Virus record (IMG/VR): IMGVR_UViG_3300047319_000334
Coordinates: 326-64,325 of that record
From: a virus
Lineage: Duplodnaviria > Caudoviricetes
Direction: 5' to 3' (one strand)
Length of the DNA: 64,000 nt
In this document: one piece after another, positions 60,281 to 64,000 of the stretch
Layout: each line of letters begins with the position of its first letter
Position numbering within the stretch: position 1 is the first letter of the stretch
The notes under the pieces: model-generated
Databases searched by the model: none
What the model saw: only the letters and a program-made list of their open reading frames with translations
What the model was told of the DNA's origin: nothing
Position numbers and translations under genes: made by a program

Positions 60281-61151
60281 GGATTACGCGACGTGCTTCC
60301 AGATTTCCCGCTTCACGATGCGCTGAACTGTCTTGACCGACACGCTCAGTTCCCGTGCCAGAGCGCTCAGGCCATGGTCTGGGTCGCGGGGCACGTGACG
60401 CCGACGAATCTCCGCAACCTGCGCCTCGGTGAGTTTGTTGCTGTGGTGCTTTGTCCCAACCACCTTGGTTCCATGCTCGGCCTTGTCGGCTTCGTTCTCC
60501 AGCGGCGTTCCATAAGCCAGATTGCCCAAACTCGGATCGCTGTTCTTGCCGTCCAGATGCCGAATCACAAGACCGCGAGGACGTGGACCGAGAAAGGCCG
60601 CAGCGACCAACTTGTGCACAGCGACTTTCTTGGCCCTCCCATCCACCCAGAAACTCACGCGCGGATAGCCGTCGCCATCCGGCGTGGCCTTTCTGATCCG
60701 CGCGCCGCGCCTCACTCGCCCCAAACTGCTGACCTCGTATCCGACGAACCCCACTACCGGCAACCATTCTTCTGATTCCATGTGCATCTCCTTGACCTCC
60801 ACGAAGCGGGCGATGTGCGGCGTTCTTCCACCCGTTGGCCTGCTTCCCGATGCTGGTCGTCTGCTCGACGGACCCGGCGTACGCCTTACGCGAGATAAGG
60901 CGCTTGTCCATACCAAGGCGCAAGAGCAGTTCGATCACCTGAAGGCGTTCGAGCAACTCGGTCAGGTGCGACGCCTTGTCGACTGCCACGTTCGCGCGAA
61001 ACACCAGAACCATGATCTCGATGCATTCCGTGCTGATCTTCTCGCCGATGGAGCGTTTGAAGTCGCGCGGCATGTTCTTGACCATGTCGGTGACGCTATC
61101 GAGCAGCGCATAGGCCGCTCGATAAATCGGAAGTTGGGTGTGCAGGGCCAC
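60129..61151 (-). CDS. avd: Avd (DGR accessory four-helix bundle, first ~120 aa); stop lost, reads through to the RT remnant
   Basis: LPIYRAAY.L..MPRDFK..G..I..AN..LLLRL..D..LIS..Y..IGKQANGW. Confidence 0.85.
   Translation of the reverse strand: MALHTQLPIYRAAYALLDSVTDMVKNMPRDFKRSIGEKISTECIEIMVLVFRANVAVDKASHLTELLERLQVIELLLRLGMDKRLISRKAYAGSVEQTTSIGKQANGWKNAAHRPLRGGQGDAHGIRRMVAGSGVRRIRGQQFGASEARRADQKGHAGWRRLSAREFLGGWEGQESRCAQVGRCGLSRSTSSRSCDSASGRQEQRSEFGQSGLWNAAGERSRQGRAWNQGGWDKAPQQQTHRGAGCGDSSASRAPRPRPWPERSGTGTERVGQDSSAHREAGNLEARRVIRDFRPVSNSYFGLLGQAPSSHHDRATLANAVRRRGHAVNQALTKTYRGSK
60284..60787 (-). CDS. NUMOD4-HNH homing endonuclease with C-terminal HTH
   Basis: EEWLPVVGF..YEVSSLGRVR (NUMOD4), VHKLVAAAF, RHLDG..NLAYGT..EN; AAGGAG RBS. 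Confidence 0.92.
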   Translation of the reverse strand: MHMESEEWLPVVGFVGYEVSSLGRVRRGARIRKATPDGDGYPRVSFWVDGRAKKVAVHKLVAAAFLGPRPRGLVIRHLDGKNSDPSLGNLAYGTPLENEADKAEHGTKVVGTKHHSNKLTEAQVAEIRRRHVPRDPDHGLSALARELSVSVKTVQRIVKREIWKHVA

Positions 61152-61165
61152 GATGGTTTAAATGA

Positions 61166-61630
61166 TCAAATTACTGAAGGGATAAATCTGCGGACGGCGC
61201 GGGCGCGGAACTCGTAGCTCTGGTGGTCGTAGTGCTGACTGCCGTCGTCGAAGTACTGACACCAGGCCCAGCCGGACTCCGATTCATGCGCCTCGGTCGA
61301 CCAGTACGCACGCTCTTCGAACTCGCCCTTCAGGTTCGCGAAGAGCAACGATTGCTCGCGACGGGTCGGGAGTTCGCCGCCTTGCTCGACTGCCCATTCC
61401 TTGGCCGCCGACCACGAGACATCGTCCACGTCGCCGGGCAGCAGGATCAGGTGATGCGACAGCACGCCGTCCTCGCCGAGCACGACACCTGCGTAGCGCT
61501 CACCCGGCGCGAGCGGAATCGTTGCCGCCGGAATGCGGAGTTCCGTTGCACGCGGCTGCTTCTTGAACTCCGCGATCAGTTCACTGATGCGGGACTGTTC
61601 GGCCTCGATGGCTTCAAGCGTGATGGTCAT
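61166..61630 (-). CDS. DGR target 2: DUF1566/CLec-fold protein with N-terminal coiled coil
   Basis: LPTRREQSLL, YWS, AW..F..G.Q..RARAVRR. Confidence 0.88.
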   Translation of the reverse strand: MTITLEAIEAEQSRISELIAEFKKQPRATELRIPAATIPLAPGERYAGVVLGEDGVLSHHLILLPGDVDDVSWSAAKEWAVEQGGELPTRREQSLLFANLKGEFEERAYWSTEAHESESGWAWCQYFDDGSQHYDHQSYEFRARAVRRFIPSVI

Positions 61631-61933
61631 TGCGATGCTCCGTTGTAAATGGGCAAAGGGTTAAATGGACAATCTGCGGACGGCGCGGGCGCGGAACTCG
61701 CTGGTCTGGCGGTAGCAGTACTGACCGCCGCGGTCGAAGTCCTGATACCAGGCCCAGCCGGACTCCGATTCATGCGCCTCGGTCGACCAGTACGCACGCT
61801 CTTCGAACTCGCCCTTCAGGTTCGCGAAGAGCAACGATTGCTCGCGACGGGTCGGGAGTTCGCCGCCTTGCTCGACTGCCCATTCCTTGGCCGCCGACCA
61901 CGAGACATCGTCCACGTCGCCGGGCAGCAGGAT
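61185..61933 (-). repeat. 263-bp direct repeat (61185-61447 and 61671-61933) containing two variable regions
   Basis: Identical except 12 mismatches within 61215-61260 / 61701-61746. Confidence 0.95.
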
Positions 61934-62020
61934 GGTGTGCGTGACATCACCGGTTGCGTTTACGAAGCCGCCGAGATAGATTTCGCCTTCTGCGAGCGGG
62001 GGAAGCTGAACTTGTTGCAT
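61661..62020 (-). CDS. DGR target 1: DUF1566/CLec-fold protein
   Basis: Same domain as target 2; AGGA RBS. Confidence 0.88.
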   Translation of the reverse strand: MQQVQLPPLAEGEIYLGGFVNATGDVTHTILLPGDVDDVSWSAAKEWAVEQGGELPTRREQSLLFANLKGEFEERAYWSTEAHESESGWAWYQDFDRGGQYCYRQTSEFRARAVRRLSI

Positions 62021-62166
62021 GAGTTTTCCTGTGAAAAAGAGCCGCGCATACTGGCCGGCTAAGCGCACGCTTGCGGAGACCACCGCAAGGTTTAGGGGCG
62101 CGCCAACAGACTTACTCAGAGATTCACGCCGGAGGCTTCATCTGATGCTGGTGGACGCGTGAGGGT

Positions 62167-62934
62167 TTAGGCGGCCTCCTGACGAAGCACCTTTTCGTAC
62201 TGAGCGACCAGCATGGCGAATTCCCAGAGATCCTTTTCGAGCGCTTCGATGTAGTCCTCATCGCGCTTGAATTCCTGATACCAGAACTGCTTTCCGGCGG
62301 GCTCCAGCGCCGGGCAGTACAGGCAGTTATGCCACCACTTCCGGCCAGAGATCCACATGCCGCCCATGGACTGATCATGGACGTCAGTGAAATCGCCGTC
62401 GATGTAGATTGAGCGGAGGCGATCGGGAGCAACGAAACACTTGTACTCGCTGCCGCCGTCGTCATTGATCAATCCGTCAACACTGACGCCAAAGAGCCCA
62501 TCGTCCGTTTTCATGAACCCGCAGCGCTGCACGAACAAGCCTGTGCGAGCTTCGTGCTCCATGCGCGCGGACGGCTCCAGATCATGTCCGCGGCGCATCT
62601 GCCAAGTCTCGAACCCCTCGTCAAGCGGCTCTCCACTAATGCGCTCGACCGCAAGCCGGAAAGCGTAGTCCTTGGCTTTATCCGAGTAGTCGCCGACCTT
62701 CTCGCCGTTGAGGGCCCGGGTGATGATGTCGGACTTCGGCAGGGCCTTGTATCCGGCTGCCTCAGCAGCGGCCTTCTCGGGCGTGCCGGCCAGACGTAAA
62801 TTGACGAACTGCTGCTGACGGTCATCCAGGCATCCGACCTTGCTGCGAGCGGTCGCAAACATACTGGCAGTAATTACGCCCGCGCGCGCCCGATGCCATT
62901 CCGGTGAACCCTGTTCGCATTCGACAATAATCAT
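62167..62934 (-). CDS. YqaJ/lambda-type exonuclease
   Basis: QGSPEWHRARAGVITAS, GHDLEP, SVDGL, EYKC. Confidence 0.92.
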   Translation of the reverse strand: MIIVECEQGSPEWHRARAGVITASMFATARSKVGCLDDRQQQFVNLRLAGTPEKAAAEAAGYKALPKSDIITRALNGEKVGDYSDKAKDYAFRLAVERISGEPLDEGFETWQMRRGHDLEPSARMEHEARTGLFVQRCGFMKTDDGLFGVSVDGLINDDGGSEYKCFVAPDRLRSIYIDGDFTDVHDQSMGGMWISGRKWWHNCLYCPALEPAGKQFWYQEFKRDEDYIEALEKDLWEFAMLVAQYEKVLRQEAA

Positions 62935-63830
62935 TGCGGGCCTCCTTCGGCGGCAAGCTGACGTTGAAACTCCGCTTCCATTTCGGAGTCGTCTGCGCCA
63001 GGTTCACGTTGCGGCTCGGGCGCCTTCGCTGGGAGCGTTTTGCTCTTTGCAGCCATCGCCGCCTTGAACGCATCCGATGCAGGCGCATCCTTCGCTGCGT
63101 TTATTTCCTTGACAGCGCGCTTCCAGAGCGTGTCGAACTGATCTCTCATTGTTACTGCGTTGGCCTCGGCAACGAGCTTGATACCCAGTGCGCTCAATAC
63201 TGGCTCGCCCGGCTCATCGTCGTGCCGATACTCTTCCGGCAAGTCTTCGATGTCCTGGGTGAAAATGTCCGACGCTGCGGTGACGTTGAGCGTCATGGCG
63301 ATCTTGGCGCGCTTGCAGGCCATCTTGAGGATGGTGTTCGCCTGGTCGGCCGACTCGGTGCGAATCTGCTGCTTCTTCTCGACCTTGTTATTCCATTTAG
63401 CGAACTTCAGCCGGCGCAGGTTTTCCGGCGTGACCTCGAACTCTTCGGCGCAGATTGCACCGCGCCATTTGTATTTTTCCTCGTGGGATGAGCACTCGCC
63501 CATCCCCTCGCCCAGAACGACGCCAGTCACCTGATGGATGCCGATGCAACGCACGCGGAAGCGCGCCATGCCGTCGACAGTCAGGTCTTCGATCTCGTAC
63601 TTGTCGGCGACGCGGAACGTCACACACAATACTTCCGCGCCCGGCTTGTACAGCGACGGCTTCTTGGTGCCGGGAATCACGCCGTAGTGCGTCTCGCTCT
63701 TCATGATGGAGCGCATCACTTCCTGCACGAGATTCACCCGCTGGCGAATCTCCATCGCTGAAAACTGATGCACCTCACCTGCAACGATGCCGGCGCTCTC
63801 GCGCCGCGGCATTTCGATTACTTCGTTCAT
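62931..63830 (-). CDS. Putative single-strand annealing/recombination protein
   Basis: HYGVIPGTKKPSLYKPGAE, NTILKMACKRA; coupled to the exonuclease gene. Confidence 0.65.
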   Translation of the reverse strand: MNEVIEMPRRESAGIVAGEVHQFSAMEIRQRVNLVQEVMRSIMKSETHYGVIPGTKKPSLYKPGAEVLCVTFRVADKYEIEDLTVDGMARFRVRCIGIHQVTGVVLGEGMGECSSHEEKYKWRGAICAEEFEVTPENLRRLKFAKWNNKVEKKQQIRTESADQANTILKMACKRAKIAMTLNVTAASDIFTQDIEDLPEEYRHDDEPGEPVLSALGIKLVAEANAVTMRDQFDTLWKRAVKEINAAKDAPASDAFKAAMAAKSKTLPAKAPEPQREPGADDSEMEAEFQRQLAAEGGPQ

Positions 63831-64000
63831 GCTGCTTCCTTTCGGTCAATGCGCCGCTGGATAATCTCGTTGCGCCATTTATTGAGTTCAGTAGATAGCG
63901 AATCGAGCGTGTGGAAGACCGGCTCCGCATTGCCGCAGCACTCGCCATAGGCTTGACCGCAGCATTCCTGCCCGACTGGAATGGCGATCTCCTGCAACAC
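63011..64000 (+). repeat. Diverged direct repeat, copy B (partner 1-990)
   Basis: About 93% identical to 1-990. Confidence 0.97.

Larger units (their letters stand above)
53100..64000. mobile_element. Left arm of prophage copy 2 (integrase, xis, early genes, DGR remnant, exonuclease)
   Basis: Integrase follows arm-type repeats; 63011-64000 is a diverged copy of 1-990. Confidence 0.7.

Noticed and set aside
60129-62083. Complete, autonomously active DGR
   Set aside because: No AAC-rich template repeat and no RT catalytic domain found in the window

Overview
The whole window is temperate phage DNA, with no host housekeeping genes. It is a lambdoid-organised myovirus-type prophage of about 60% GC, probably from a Burkholderiaceae host (inference). 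Gene order: leftward early operon (1-6.5 kb), CI/Cro switch with operators, replication and nin region, Q-like gene, packaging/head/contractile tail genes (21.9-42.9 kb), a moron cluster (DUF4214-like/Zn dehydrogenase, outer-membrane protein with a nested HTH gene, HigBA), lysis genes interrupted by an extra fibre module, an SOS/SRAP module, an attP-like junction with integrase and excisionase (53-54.8 kb), then a second leftward early arm. Bases 63011-64000 repeat bases 1-990 at about 93% identity, suggesting two related prophages in tandem. The most striking feature is a diversity-generating retroelement (DGR) in the early operon. It has two small DUF1566/C-type-lectin-fold targets whose variable regions differ only at codon positions 1-2, plus an avd gene. 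Where the template repeat and reverse transcriptase should be there is a NUMOD4-HNH endonuclease, followed by what looks like only the last ~50 codons of the RT. Family names come from motif recognition and synteny; no database search was run.
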